Both the position numbers and the translations under genes were made by a program. Shown piece after piece: positions 37,731 to 48,351 of a DNA stretch of 64,000 nucleotides. This stretch comes from an uncultured Clostridia bacterium (GTDB lineage: Bacteria; Bacillota; Clostridia; TANB77; CAG-508). The notes under the pieces are model-generated. The model was not told the DNA's origin and ran no database searches. It saw nothing but the letters and a program-made list of their open reading frames with translations. Location: positions 13,422 through 77,421 of the forward strand of contig CAUWGC010000009.1 in assembly GCA_963558405.1 (NCBI GenBank), in the 5' to 3' direction. How positions within the stretch are numbered: the first letter of the stretch is position 1; each line of letters begins with the position of its first letter.

Positions 37731-40700
37731 ATGAAATGGACAAAAGAACAAGAACAAGCTATTTTAGAAAGTGGAGCAAATATATTAGTTGCTGCAGCTG
37801 CTGGTAGTGGAAAAACAGCTGTGCTGGTAGAAAGAATAATTAATAAAATTATAAATCAAAAAGTAGATATTGATTCAATTTTAATTGTAACATTTACAAA
37901 TGCTGCTGCTTCTGAAATGCGTGAAAGAATAGTTAATGCTATATATAAAAAGTTAGAAACAAACCCAGAAGATAGTCACTTACAAAAACAATTAATATTA
38001 TTAAACAGAGCAAGTATTTGTACTATTCATTCTTTTTGTTTAGAAGTAATACGCAATCATTTTTACGAGACATTAGAATCTGCAAACTTTCAAATAGGTG
38101 ATTCAGCGGAAATGGAATTACTAAAACAAGAAGTAATGGAAGAAATGTTTGAAGAAAAATATGAAGCAAAAGACAAAGATTTTATTTTGCTATTAGATAC
38201 ATATACTGCTTATGATGATGACACAAAATTAAAGGAATTATTGTTTAATATTTATAAGTTTATTCAAAGTAGTCCTTTTCCTAAAGAAACATTAGAAACA
38301 ATAATAAAAGAGCTAAAAATAGAAAACAATCAAATGGGTTTTGAACAAAACAAATGGGGAAAAGTTCTATTACAGGAAGTAGAAAGAGAAATATGTGGAT
38401 ATCAGACAGAATTAAAAAATATACTAAAAAAGATGAATAGATTTCCAGAACTAGAAAAATTTATACGTGTAATTCAAACAGATTTAGAACAATTTGAAAA
38501 TTTGCAAAAATCACTTTATAGTTTTGATAAAGCATATAATGTATCTCAAACAATTGATTTAAAAAAATGGCCAATTGATCGTAAAGTAGAAAATCCTTTA
38601 AAGGAAACTGCTAAAAAAACAAGAGATAAAATAAGAAAAAAATATGATAGTGTAAAAGAAAAAATATTATGTTGTGATTCAATAACTGCTAACAAAGAGT
38701 TAGAAGAAATGTATCCTATTTTAAGCGCAATACAAGATTTGTTAATTGAATTTATGGAACGCTTTACTAAAGCAAAAAGAGAAAAAAACAAAATAGATTT
38801 TAATGATATTGAACATTTGGCACTAAATTTATTATTAAAGAAAAATGAAAATGGAGTTTACCAAAAAACTAAGATAGCAGAAGAATATACAAATAAATTT
38901 ACTCAAATTGCTATTGATGAATATCAAGATAGTAATTTGGTACAAGAAAGTATTTTAAAATCAATTTCAAATGGTCACAATTTGTTTATGGTAGGAGATA
39001 TTAAACAAAGTATATATCGTTTTAGACAAGCAAGACCTCAATTGTTTTTAGATAAATATAAATCATATGTGTTAAAAGAAGAACAAAAAGAAAATGAAGA
39101 TATAAAAATTCCACTTTTTAAAAATTTTAGAAGTAGAAAAAATGTATTAGATATAACAAATTTAATTTTTGAATCTATAATGAGCGAAGAATTAGGAGAG
39201 ATAGATTATAATACTAATGAATACTTAAATTTAGGAGCAGATTTTAAAGAACCAGAAGAAAATATTTTATATGCAGGTAAAGCAGAATTACATATTGTAA
39301 ATTTAAAAGAAACAGATGAAGAAGAAACAGAAGAATTAGAAGAACCAATAGAAAATACTGTATTAGAAGCAAAAATGGTTGCTAAAAAGATAAAAGAAAT
39401 TTTAGATTCTGATTACAAGGTATATGATAGAAGAATTGAAAACTATAGGAAAGCATCATATAAAGATATTGTAATATTATTAAGAGCAACAAGCAGTCTT
39501 GCTTCTGTATATGAAAAAGAGTTACATAAATTAGAAATGCCAGTATTTACAGATGTAAACACTGAATATATTACTTCTACAGAGGTAGAAATGATATTAA
39601 ATATTTTAAAAATATTAGATAACCCAATACAAGACATTCCTCTTGTTAGTGTGCTACGTTCCCCTATATTTAATTTTTCGGATAATGACTTAATTAAAAT
39701 AAGAATAGAAGACAGAAATAATTCATTTTATCAAGCTCTCCAAAAAGCTAGAATGACAATGGATGAAAAATTAAAAGAAAAGATAGAAATGTTTTTTGAA
39801 AAATTACAAAAATGGCAAAAACAAGCTGAATATATGGCATTGGACGAGTTAATTTGGATGATTTATATAGATACAGGATATTATTATTATGTAGGTCTGT
39901 TGCCAAACGGAGAAATGAGACAGGCAAATTTAAAAATGTTATTTGAAAGAGCAAGAGAATATCAAACATCAAGTTTTAAAGGAATTTTTCAATTTTTAAA
40001 CTTTATAGATAAACTAAAAGAATCAAGTGGAGATTTAGGTGCAGCAAAGTTAATTGGAGAAAACGAAGATGTAATTCGTATTATGAGTATTCATAAAAGT
40101 AAAGGATTAGAGTTTCCAATAGTATTTTTGTGTAATAGTAATAAAAAATTTAATATGCAAGATTTAAATGAAGAAATTATTCTACATGAAGACTTAGGAA
40201 TAGGACCTAGATATATTAATAGAGAAGAACAAAAAGAATATTCAACACTTGCATTAGAAGCAATAAAAGTACAAACAAAAAGAGAAACAATATCAGAAGA
40301 AATGAGAATATTATATGTAGCTTTAACTAGAAGCAAAGAAAAGCTATATATAACAGGAGTAAGTAAAGATTGGGAAAAAGAGATAAAGAAAAAAGAAGAA
40401 GAAATAGAAAAATACGAAATACAGGATAAATTAGATAGCAATTTAGTACAAAAATGTAAAAGTTACTTAGATTGGATAGAATTAGTATACTTAACAAGAA
40501 AAAAAGAAATGGAAGAACTATTAGAAATACATGAACATTTAAAAAAAGAAATAGTAGAAGAAAATATAAAAGAGGAAAATACAATTTCAATAGAAGAAAT
40601 ATTAGAAAATAAAAATGTAGAAGAAAAACAAGTAAAAGAAATAAAAAAAATACTAGAATGGGAATATCCATATATGGAATCAGTTTTACTTCCTACTAAA

Positions 40701-41354
40701 ATATCTGTAACAAAAATAAAAGAGATGGAAAATAATCAAGAGAATATAGAAATATTAGATTTAGAAGAATTAAAGGATGATAGTTATAAAAAAAATACAC
40801 ATTCATATAGAGTACCAAACTTTGTAGAAGATAAAGTAGAAATAACATCAAGTCAAAGAGGAAGTTTAATACATTTATGTATTAGTAAATTAAATGAAAA
40901 ACAAGATTATACAGAAAAAGAGCTTAAAGATATGATTGGGAGCATGGTAGCAAAAAAGATAATAACAGAAAAAGAAGCGGAAGCTATTTCTGTTACTAAG
41001 TTATATCAATATACATGTTCAAAATTATTTAATGAATTAAAAAAAGCAAAAGAAATACATAAAGAGCAACCATTTTATATTAATATACCAGCAAAAGAAA
41101 TTTATCAAAAAGAAATAGAAGATGTTATATTAGTACAAGGTGTAATTGATTTATATTTTATTTCTGAAAATGGAGAACTTATATTGGTGGACTATAAAAC
41201 AGACTATGTAAAAAAAGGCGAGGAATACATCTTAATAAATAAATATAAAAGACAACTAGAGATATATAAAAATGCATTAGAAAAAGCTTTAAAAAGAAAA
41301 GTTGATAAAACATTTATTTATTCAATTTATCTACAAAAGGAAATTGAAATTTAA
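37731..41354 (+). CDS. addA: Helicase-nuclease AddAB subunit AddA
   Basis: AAAGSGKTAVLVER, DEYQD, VGDIKQSIYRFR, MSIHKSKGLEF, C-terminal GVIDL...VDYKTD nuclease. Confidence 0.96.
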   Translation: MKWTKEQEQAILESGANILVAAAAGSGKTAVLVERIINKIINQKVDIDSILIVTFTNAAASEMRERIVNAIYKKLETNPEDSHLQKQLILLNRASICTIHSFCLEVIRNHFYETLESANFQIGDSAEMELLKQEVMEEMFEEKYEAKDKDFILLLDTYTAYDDDTKLKELLFNIYKFIQSSPFPKETLETIIKELKIENNQMGFEQNKWGKVLLQEVEREICGYQTELKNILKKMNRFPELEKFIRVIQTDLEQFENLQKSLYSFDKAYNVSQTIDLKKWPIDRKVENPLKETAKKTRDKIRKKYDSVKEKILCCDSITANKELEEMYPILSAIQDLLIEFMERFTKAKREKNKIDFNDIEHLALNLLLKKNENGVYQKTKIAEEYTNKFTQIAIDEYQDSNLVQESILKSISNGHNLFMVGDIKQSIYRFRQARPQLFLDKYKSYVLKEEQKENEDIKIPLFKNFRSRKNVLDITNLIFESIMSEELGEIDYNTNEYLNLGADFKEPEENILYAGKAELHIVNLKETDEEETEELEEPIENTVLEAKMVAKKIKEILDSDYKVYDRRIENYRKASYKDIVILLRATSSLASVYEKELHKLEMPVFTDVNTEYITSTEVEMILNILKILDNPIQDIPLVSVLRSPIFNFSDNDLIKIRIEDRNNSFYQALQKARMTMDEKLKEKIEMFFEKLQKWQKQAEYMALDELIWMIYIDTGYYYYVGLLPNGEMRQANLKMLFERAREYQTSSFKGIFQFLNFIDKLKESSGDLGAAKLIGENEDVIRIMSIHKSKGLEFPIVFLCNSNKKFNMQDLNEEIILHEDLGIGPRYINREEQKEYSTLALEAIKVQTKRETISEEMRILYVALTRSKEKLYITGVSKDWEKEIKKKEEEIEKYEIQDKLDSNLVQKCKSYLDWIELVYLTRKKEMEELLEIHEHLKKEIVEENIKEENTISIEEILENKNVEEKQVKEIKKILEWEYPYMESVLLPTKISVTKIKEMENNQENIEILDLEELKDDSYKKNTHSYRVPNFVEDKVEITSSQRGSLIHLCISKLNEKQDYTEKELKDMIGSMVAKKIITEKEAEAISVTKLYQYTCSKLFNELKKAKEIHKEQPFYINIPAKEIYQKEIEDVILVQGVIDLYFISENGELILVDYKTDYVKKGEEYILINKYKRQLEIYKNALEKALKRKVDKTFIYSIYLQKEIEI

Positions 41355-41417
41355 GCTTAATTTATAATAAAAAGTAAAAGTTAATAACTAAAATATTTGA
41401 AAGGAATGATAAACTAA

Positions 41418-41654
41418 ATGAGATTAGACAAATTTTTAAAAGTATCCAGAGTAATAAAAAGAAGAACAGTTGCAAACGATGCAGCAGATGCAGGAAGAGT
41501 AAAAGTAAACGGAAAACAAGTAAAACCAAGTTACGAAGTAAAATTAGGCGATGTTGTAGAAATACAATTTGGTGATAAAATATCTAAATTTGAGATAATA
41601 AACATACCAGAAAATATTGGGAAGAATGTTGGAGATTTGATTAAGGTTTTATAA
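41418..41654 (+). CDS. S4-domain RNA-binding protein (YabO/RqcP-like)
   Basis: MRLDKFLKVSRVIKRRTVA. Confidence 0.9.
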   Translation: MRLDKFLKVSRVIKRRTVANDAADAGRVKVNGKQVKPSYEVKLGDVVEIQFGDKISKFEIINIPENIGKNVGDLIKVL

Positions 41655-41665
41655 GGAGATAAAAT

Positions 41666-44600
41666 ATGTTAAATGGAAAGTTTGTACATTTACATGTACA
41701 TAGTGAGTTTAGTTTATTGGATGGAGCAAACCGTATTAAGGATTTACCTGTTAGGGCAAAGGAACTTGGCATGGATGCTATGGCTATTACTGATCATGGT
41801 GTTATGTATGGTGTTATTGATTTTTATAAAGCTTGTAAAAAAGAGGGGATAAAACCTATTATAGGTTGCGAGGTTTATGTTACTAATCGTAGCAGATTTG
41901 ATAAAGAACCAAATATAGATAATAAATATAATCACTTAATACTACTTGCTAAGGATAACCAAGGTTACAAAAATTTAAGTAAATTAGTTTCCATTGGGTT
42001 TGTTGAAGGATATTATTATAAGCCACGTATTGACTTAGAGGTGTTAGAAAAATATCATGAAGGTTTAATTTGTCAAAGTGCTTGTTTGGCAGGTAGTGTT
42101 AGTCAAGCAATTTTGGCAGGTGATATGGAAAAGGCAGAAGAAACTGCTTTGTGGTATAAAAATTTATTTGGTGATGATTATTATTTAGAAATTCAAAATA
42201 ATGGTGTAAAAGAGCAAGTAATGGTAAATCAAAAGTTAATAGAGCTAAGTAGAAAGTTAGATATACCATTAGTAGCAACAAATGATGCTCACTATCTAAA
42301 AAAGGAAGATGCATATAATCATGAAGTTTTGCTTTGCATACAAACTGGTAAAAAGATGAATGATGTTGATCGTATGCGTTTTGAAAGTGATGAGTTATAC
42401 GTAAAATCTCCAGAAGAAATGATAGAATATTTTAAAGCTTTTCCAGATGCAATAGAAAATACAGTTAAAATTGCAGAAAAATGTAATGTTGAGTTTGAAT
42501 TTGGTCATACAATACTTCCAAATTATGATGTACCAAAAGAATATCCTACACATTATGATTATCTAAAAAAGCTTTGCCAAGATGGAATGAAACAAAGATA
42601 TGGTGAAAATCTTTCTAAAGAACTTATGGAAAGAGCAGAATACGAACTTAGTGTTATTCAAAAAATGGGATATGTGGATTACTTTTTAATAGTATGGGAT
42701 TTTATTCATTATGCAAAATCAAATGGAATACCAGTAGGACCGGGACGTGGTTCTGGTGCTGGTTCTATGCTTGCATATGCAATAGGAATAACAGATATTG
42801 ACCCAATAAAATATGGACTTATTTTTGAACGTTTTTTAAATCCAGAAAGAGTAAGTATGCCAGATTTTGACGTAGACTTTTGCTACGAAAGAAGAGGCGA
42901 GGTTATTGACTATGTATCTAGAAAATATGGTGCAGACCATGTATCACAGATAATTACTTTTGGTACAATGTCTGCAAGAATGGTAATAAGAGATGTTGCA
43001 CGTGCATTAGATGTACCTTATGGTGAAGCAGATAAACTTGCAAAAATGATTCCAAACGAATTACACATAACAATAAAAAAGGCATTAGAAGAAAATAGAG
43101 AATTAAGAGAATTATATGAATCAAATGAAGAAACAAAAAGACTTCTAGATATATCTATGGCATTAGAGGGGCTTCCAAGACAAGCTTCTACACATGCTTG
43201 TGGAATAGTTATTACAAAAGACCCTGTAGATACATATGTACCGCTTTATGTAAGAGATGGACAAATTTCTACACAATTTATTATGACAACATTGGAAGAA
43301 TTAGGCCTTTTGAAAATGGACTTTTTGGGATTAAGAACATTAACAGTTATAGAAGACTGTAAAAAGCTTGTTAAATATAGTAGAGGAATAGATGTAAAAT
43401 TTGACGAAAAAATGAATGACCCCAAAGTATATAAAATGTGGCAAGATGGTAAATCTATTGGTATTTTTCAATTTGAAAGTCAAGGTATGACAAATTTTAT
43501 GAAAGAGCTAAAGCCAGACTGCTTAGAAGATATTATTGCAGGTGTTTCTTTATATCGTCCAGGACCAATGGACCAAATACCTAGATATATAAAAAATAAA
43601 CAAGACCCAGAACATAGTACGTATACACATCCAAGTTTAGAGCCTATTTTAAATGTTACATATGGATGTATGGTATATCAAGAACAAGTAATGCAAATTG
43701 TAAGAGATTTAGCAGGTTATTCTTTAGGTCGTGCAGACTTAGTAAGAAGAGCTATGGGTAAGAAAAAGCTAGATGTAATGGCAAAGGAAAGAGAATATTT
43801 TATTCATGGAAAAGTAGATGAGAATGGTAATGTAGAAATACCAGGATGTATACGTAATGGTATAGATGAAGTTTCTGCTAATAAGATTTTTGATGAAATG
43901 GCAGAATTTGCAAAATATGCTTTTAATAAATCACATGCAGCATGTTATGCAGTTATTGCTTATCGTACAGCATATTTAAAAACATATTATCCACAAGAAT
44001 TTATGGCAGCTATGCTAAATAGTTTTTTAGGAAACTTAGATAAAGTGCCACTTTACATTGATGAATGTAAAAAGATGGGAATAGAAATATTAAAACCTGA
44101 TATAAATAAAAGTTATACAAAATTTACAGTAGATAATGCAAAGATTCGTTTTGGACTTGGAAGCATAAAAAATGTAGGAATTGCTGCTGTTGATAGTATT
44201 GTAAAAGAAAGAAAAGAAAACGGAGAATATAAGGATTTTCCTACATTTTGTGAAAGAATACAAGGAGAAGCGGTAAATAAAAAATGTATAGAAAGCTTAA
44301 TAAAATCTGGAGCATTTGATGAATTTAAAGAAACCAGAGCAACACTTCTTGCCTCATTTGAAAATATAATAGATATGATTCAAGGAAGTATAAAAAAAGG
44401 TTTAGAAGGTCAAGTTAGTATGTTTGATTTAGGAAGTGAAGAGGATAAAAAAGAATTAGCCGAAATCAAATATACATTAACTCACAAAGAAGAATTTTCA
44501 CAAAAAGAATTATTATTTATGGAAAAAGAAATGCTTGGATTATATATAACTGGACATCCATTAGAAAATATTAGACAAGAAATAGAAAAACAATGTACTA

Positions 44601-45157
44601 TAAATTCTTTAAAAATGCATCAAATAAATGAACAATCAGAAAATGTAGAAGAACAGGAAGCTCAAGAGTACCATGATGGACAGATTGTAAAATATGCTGG
44701 TATTATTACTTCTGTAAAGAAAAAATACACAAAAAATAATAAGATAATGGCATTTATTACAGTAGAAGATTTATATGGACAAGTAGAAGTAATTGTATTT
44801 GAAAATGCATATTTAACTGCAAGTGAGATATTAGTAAACGACAGTACAATATTAATAGAGGGAAGACTAAGTATTAGAGAAGATGAAGAAACTAAAATTG
44901 TAGCAAACAAAATTACAAGCTTTTCTAGTAAAAAACAAAAAACTTTAAGAATAGATATAACTAAATTAAATGAAGAGCAAAAAGAAAGACTAAGAGGTGC
45001 TATAAAGTATTTTGGGGGAGACATTAATAATATGCCAATTCAAGTAATTGAAAATGGTGAAATTAAACCTTGCGGAGCAATATATACAACATCAGAGATA
45101 ATAGGACAGTTTAAAGAAATTGCTGGAGAAGATAACGTAAATATAATAGAAGAATAA
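41666..45157 (+). CDS. dnaE: DNA polymerase III alpha subunit
   Basis: PHP HLHVHSEFSLLDG, GRGSGAGS, PDFDVDF, YAFNKSH. Confidence 0.97.
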   Translation: MLNGKFVHLHVHSEFSLLDGANRIKDLPVRAKELGMDAMAITDHGVMYGVIDFYKACKKEGIKPIIGCEVYVTNRSRFDKEPNIDNKYNHLILLAKDNQGYKNLSKLVSIGFVEGYYYKPRIDLEVLEKYHEGLICQSACLAGSVSQAILAGDMEKAEETALWYKNLFGDDYYLEIQNNGVKEQVMVNQKLIELSRKLDIPLVATNDAHYLKKEDAYNHEVLLCIQTGKKMNDVDRMRFESDELYVKSPEEMIEYFKAFPDAIENTVKIAEKCNVEFEFGHTILPNYDVPKEYPTHYDYLKKLCQDGMKQRYGENLSKELMERAEYELSVIQKMGYVDYFLIVWDFIHYAKSNGIPVGPGRGSGAGSMLAYAIGITDIDPIKYGLIFERFLNPERVSMPDFDVDFCYERRGEVIDYVSRKYGADHVSQIITFGTMSARMVIRDVARALDVPYGEADKLAKMIPNELHITIKKALEENRELRELYESNEETKRLLDISMALEGLPRQASTHACGIVITKDPVDTYVPLYVRDGQISTQFIMTTLEELGLLKMDFLGLRTLTVIEDCKKLVKYSRGIDVKFDEKMNDPKVYKMWQDGKSIGIFQFESQGMTNFMKELKPDCLEDIIAGVSLYRPGPMDQIPRYIKNKQDPEHSTYTHPSLEPILNVTYGCMVYQEQVMQIVRDLAGYSLGRADLVRRAMGKKKLDVMAKEREYFIHGKVDENGNVEIPGCIRNGIDEVSANKIFDEMAEFAKYAFNKSHAACYAVIAYRTAYLKTYYPQEFMAAMLNSFLGNLDKVPLYIDECKKMGIEILKPDINKSYTKFTVDNAKIRFGLGSIKNVGIAAVDSIVKERKENGEYKDFPTFCERIQGEAVNKKCIESLIKSGAFDEFKETRATLLASFENIIDMIQGSIKKGLEGQVSMFDLGSEEDKKELAEIKYTLTHKEEFSQKELLFMEKEMLGLYITGHPLENIRQEIEKQCTINSLKMHQINEQSENVEEQEAQEYHDGQIVKYAGIITSVKKKYTKNNKIMAFITVEDLYGQVEVIVFENAYLTASEILVNDSTILIEGRLSIREDEETKIVANKITSFSSKKQKTLRIDITKLNEEQKERLRGAIKYFGGDINNMPIQVIENGEIKPCGAIYTTSEIIGQFKEIAGEDNVNIIEE

Positions 45158-45163
45158 TTTTTT

Positions 45164-45237
45164 TGGAGGCGCCACCCAGATTTGAACTGGGGATCAGAGT
45201 TTTGCAGACTCGTGCCTTACCACTTGGCTATAGCGCC
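45164..45237 (-). tRNA. tRNA-Cys(GCA)
   Basis: Reverse complement GGCGCTATAGCCAAGTGGTAAGGC...CTGCAAA...GTTCAAATC...GGCGCCTCCA, 74 nt. Confidence 0.97.
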
Positions 45238-45307
45238 TTATCTAATATATTATAATATATGATTAAATATAAAAAAAATTACAAAAATAATAAATTTTTT
45301 ATAATGA

Positions 45308-45335
45308 AAAATAGCGTGGAAAACCACGCTATTTT
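45308..45335 (-). terminator. Terminator of the 88 aa solo gene
   Basis: Perfect 12 bp inverted repeat AAAATAGCGTGG / CCACGCTATTTT. Confidence 0.8.
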
Positions 45336-45343
45336 CATGAGAA

Positions 45344-45610
45344 CTATTCAACTGGATTTTTTAATGCTTCGTCTTCAAGAATTTCAACAACCTCAGTTTC
45401 TGGAATATTTTCAAATTCCATGCCGATAAATATGTGATCTTCATATTTTAATTTGCAGTACTGTTTAAAATTATTTTTATATTTTTTCAGCACATTTAAG
45501 ATATTATTCAGTCCGCTGAGTGTAGAAAGATCTTTGATGTCTGCAATGCATAAATTTCCTTCATCTGAATACTGGTATGCAAATCTGCCGATAGTTTTAA
45601 GTTCTCTCAT
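45344..45610 (-). CDS. Hypothetical protein (88 aa)
   Basis: RBS AGGAGG before ATG 45610; own promoter and terminator. Confidence 0.65.
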   Translation of the reverse strand: MRELKTIGRFAYQYSDEGNLCIADIKDLSTLSGLNNILNVLKKYKNNFKQYCKLKYEDHIFIGMEFENIPETEVVEILEDEALKNPVE

Positions 45611-45815
45611 AGTAATCCTCCTGTCAATTGACGATGTTGATAAATAAAATTTTCTTCTAAAAGAAGATATAATTATTATATCAAATATTACTATAAAAGT
45701 CAAAAAAGTAATTGATTATGTAAAATAAAAATAATATAAAAAAATATTTGCTTTTTTATTAGAAGTATGCTACAATAAATAACGTCTAAATAAAACGTGA
45801 AAAGAGGGTTACTAA

Positions 45816-46064
45816 ATGGAAATACTAAAATATATATTAATAGGAATTTATTTTATTGTTTGTTTCGCACTTATTATAGTTGCTACAATGCAATCAAAGG
45901 ATGATGCAGGATTATCTAGTACAATAACAGGTTCTAGCTCAAATAATTTTTTAGATAAAAATAAAGGTAGAACAAAAACTGGAAAGCTAAAAAGATGGAC
46001 AATTATATTAGGAGTAATATTTGCTATATTATCAGTTGTATTAGGAATTATATATATAGTATAA
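45816..46064 (+). CDS. secG: Preprotein translocase subunit SecG
   Basis: Two TMs, MQSKDDAGLSSTITG; upstream of rnr. Confidence 0.88.
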   Translation: MEILKYILIGIYFIVCFALIIVATMQSKDDAGLSSTITGSSSNNFLDKNKGRTKTGKLKRWTIILGVIFAILSVVLGIIYIV

Positions 46065-46118
46065 AAAGTAATAAGGGGAACAGAAATTAAGCTGTTCTCT
46101 TTTTGTTTTTAAGGAGAA

Positions 46119-48071
46119 ATGATGAAAAATAAAAAAATATATTTAGAAGGAACCTTTTTTAGAAATGAGAAAGGTTATGGATTTGTAAAATTAGCACATG
46201 AAAGCAAAAAAGATATTTTTATTGCAGAAAAAGACACAAAAGGTGCATTTAATAATGATGTTGTTGCTATTGAAATTATAAAAACAGAAGAAAATGGAAA
46301 GAGTGCAGAAGGAAAAATAGTAAAAATAATTAAACATGAAAAAGATACATTAGTAGGCACATTCCAAAAAAATAAAAATTTTGGATTTGTAGTACCAGAT
46401 GATAAAAAATTTGGAACTGATATTTTTATTTCTAAAAAACAATTTGGAAATGCAAAAAATAAACAAAAAGTGGTAGTTGAAATAACAAAATATCCAGAGA
46501 AAGGTAAAAAAGCAGAAGGAAAAATTATTGAAATATTAGGCTTTGAAAATGAAGCTTTTGTAGATATGCTATCTTTGGTAAAAGACTATCGTTTGCCATA
46601 CGAATTTCCAGAAAAAGTTATGGAAGAAGCAAGAGCCATTAATCCACTAATAGATAAAAAAGATATGCCACACCGTAAAGATTTTAGAAAAGAAAAGATT
46701 TATACAATAGATGGAGAAGATGCAAAAGATTTAGATGATGCAGTACAAGTAACAAAAACTAAAGAAGGAAATTACATTTTAGGAGTTCATATTGCGGATG
46801 TAAGCTACTATGTAAAGGAAGGTAGTAATTTAGATAAAGAAGCTTTTTTAAGAGGGACAAGTATATATATGTTATCACAAGTAATTCCAATGCTTCCTAA
46901 AGAATTATCCAATGGTATATGTAGTTTAAATCCAAAAGAAGACAGATTTACACTATCTTGTATTATGGAAATAACACCTAAAGGAAAAGTTATTTCATCA
47001 GATGTAACTAAAGGAATTATTCGTGTAAAAGAAAGAATGAGCTATAATGAAGTTACTAAAATTTTGGAAAAAACAGATAAAAAAGTGTTAGAAAAATACA
47101 AAGAAGATATTCCAGAATTTGAAAAAATGGCTGAATTAGCAAATATTTTAAAAAGAAGAAGAGAAGAAGATGGCAGTTTGGACTTAAATATAGCAGAGAG
47201 TAAAATTATATTAGATGAAGTAGGAAAACCAATAAAAATAGAAAAGGAAAAATTAAGTATATCAAATAGTATTATTGAACAGTTTATGCTAACTGCAAAT
47301 GAAACAATAGCAGAAAAATTTTATTGGTTAGAAGCTCCTTTTATTTATCGTGTACATGAAGTTCCAGACAAAGAAAAGATAGACGAATTAAATAAATTTT
47401 TATTTAATTTTGGATATAAAATTAAAAAAAGTGGTGATACAGTGTATCCAAGTGCATTTTCTGAAGTTTTAGAAAATGCTAAAGGAACAGAAGAGGAAAG
47501 AGTTGTATCAAATCTTATCTTAAGAACATTAAAAGTTGCAAGATATGAAAGTGAGAACAAAGGTCATTTTGGAATAGCAAGTAAATATTATTGTCATTTT
47601 ACTTCTCCTATAAGAAGATATCCAGATTTATTTATTCACCGTATAATTTCTTTTTATTTAGAACATAATTATGAAATAAATGAAAAATGGAAAGAAGAAT
47701 ATTTTTTAAAAGCAGAAAAAGCAGCAGAGAATTCTTCTGAAAGAGAAAAAATTGCTCAAACAGTAGAACGAGACAGTGAGGAAATGAAAAAAGCAGAATA
47801 TATGGAAAACAAAATTGGAGAAGAATACAATGGTATAATATCTGGTATTACATCTTTTGGTGTATTTGTAGAATTGGATAATACAGTAGAAGGAATGATT
47901 AGATTTGAGAATTTAGGAAAAGAGTATTTTATATATAACGAAGAAAGAAAAAATTTGGTTGGAGAGAATAGCAAAAAAATATATAAAATAGGAAATAAAG
48001 TAAAAGTAAGAGTAATTGCAGCAGAAAAAGCATCTAGAAGAATAAGATTTGAATTAATAGAAGATAATTAG
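46119..48071 (+). CDS. rnr: Ribonuclease R
   Basis: CSD domains, TIDGEDAKDLDDA, HFTSPIRRYPD, S1 domain. Confidence 0.95.
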   Translation: MMKNKKIYLEGTFFRNEKGYGFVKLAHESKKDIFIAEKDTKGAFNNDVVAIEIIKTEENGKSAEGKIVKIIKHEKDTLVGTFQKNKNFGFVVPDDKKFGTDIFISKKQFGNAKNKQKVVVEITKYPEKGKKAEGKIIEILGFENEAFVDMLSLVKDYRLPYEFPEKVMEEARAINPLIDKKDMPHRKDFRKEKIYTIDGEDAKDLDDAVQVTKTKEGNYILGVHIADVSYYVKEGSNLDKEAFLRGTSIYMLSQVIPMLPKELSNGICSLNPKEDRFTLSCIMEITPKGKVISSDVTKGIIRVKERMSYNEVTKILEKTDKKVLEKYKEDIPEFEKMAELANILKRRREEDGSLDLNIAESKIILDEVGKPIKIEKEKLSISNSIIEQFMLTANETIAEKFYWLEAPFIYRVHEVPDKEKIDELNKFLFNFGYKIKKSGDTVYPSAFSEVLENAKGTEEERVVSNLILRTLKVARYESENKGHFGIASKYYCHFTSPIRRYPDLFIHRIISFYLEHNYEINEKWKEEYFLKAEKAAENSSEREKIAQTVERDSEEMKKAEYMENKIGEEYNGIISGITSFGVFVELDNTVEGMIRFENLGKEYFIYNEERKNLVGENSKKIYKIGNKVKVRVIAAEKASRRIRFELIEDN

Positions 48072-48076
48072 TAAAA

Positions 48077-48129
48077 AACAAATTATAAAAAAGAATATAA
48101 GATTTTATTATAATACTTATATTCTTTTT
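48077..48129. terminator. Terminator after rnr
   Basis: AAAAAGAATATAAG / CTTATATTCTTTTT inverted repeat. Confidence 0.8.
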
Positions 48130-48171
48130 GTGTGTGCATGAGTGTATTTATACAACAAGGTTAGGTTTATT

Positions 48172-48336
48172 TTATCTAAATTGAATTATAATACTTGGAA
48201 CTATAAGACATATAAAAGAAAGGAAAACAATAAAAATTCCTACTTTTTTTTTAGGATTTTTTTTAATTTCAAATAATCCATAAAAGAAAGTTTCTATAAA
48301 TACAAAAATGCTAATAAAAAATATAACTAATCGCAT
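48172..48336 (-). CDS. Small two-TM protein at end of ger operon (putative germinant receptor D-type subunit), not in ORF track
   Basis: RBS GAAAGGATG overlapping the gerC stop; MRLVIFFISIFVFIETFFYGLFEIKKNPKKKVGIFIVFLSFICLIVPSIIIQFR. Confidence 0.72.
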   Translation of the reverse strand: MRLVIFFISIFVFIETFFYGLFEIKKNPKKKVGIFIVFLSFICLIVPSIIIQFR

Positions 48337-48351
48337 AATTTATCATCCTTT

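Noticed and set aside
41666-42200. Apparent excess of G/T-ending codons at the start of dnaE
   Set aside because: Visual impression only; needs a sliding-window codon analysis
27853-45331. Shared TAGCGTG/CACGCTA core in two terminators near tRNA genes
   Set aside because: Only 7 bp and the arms are in opposite order, so chance is likely
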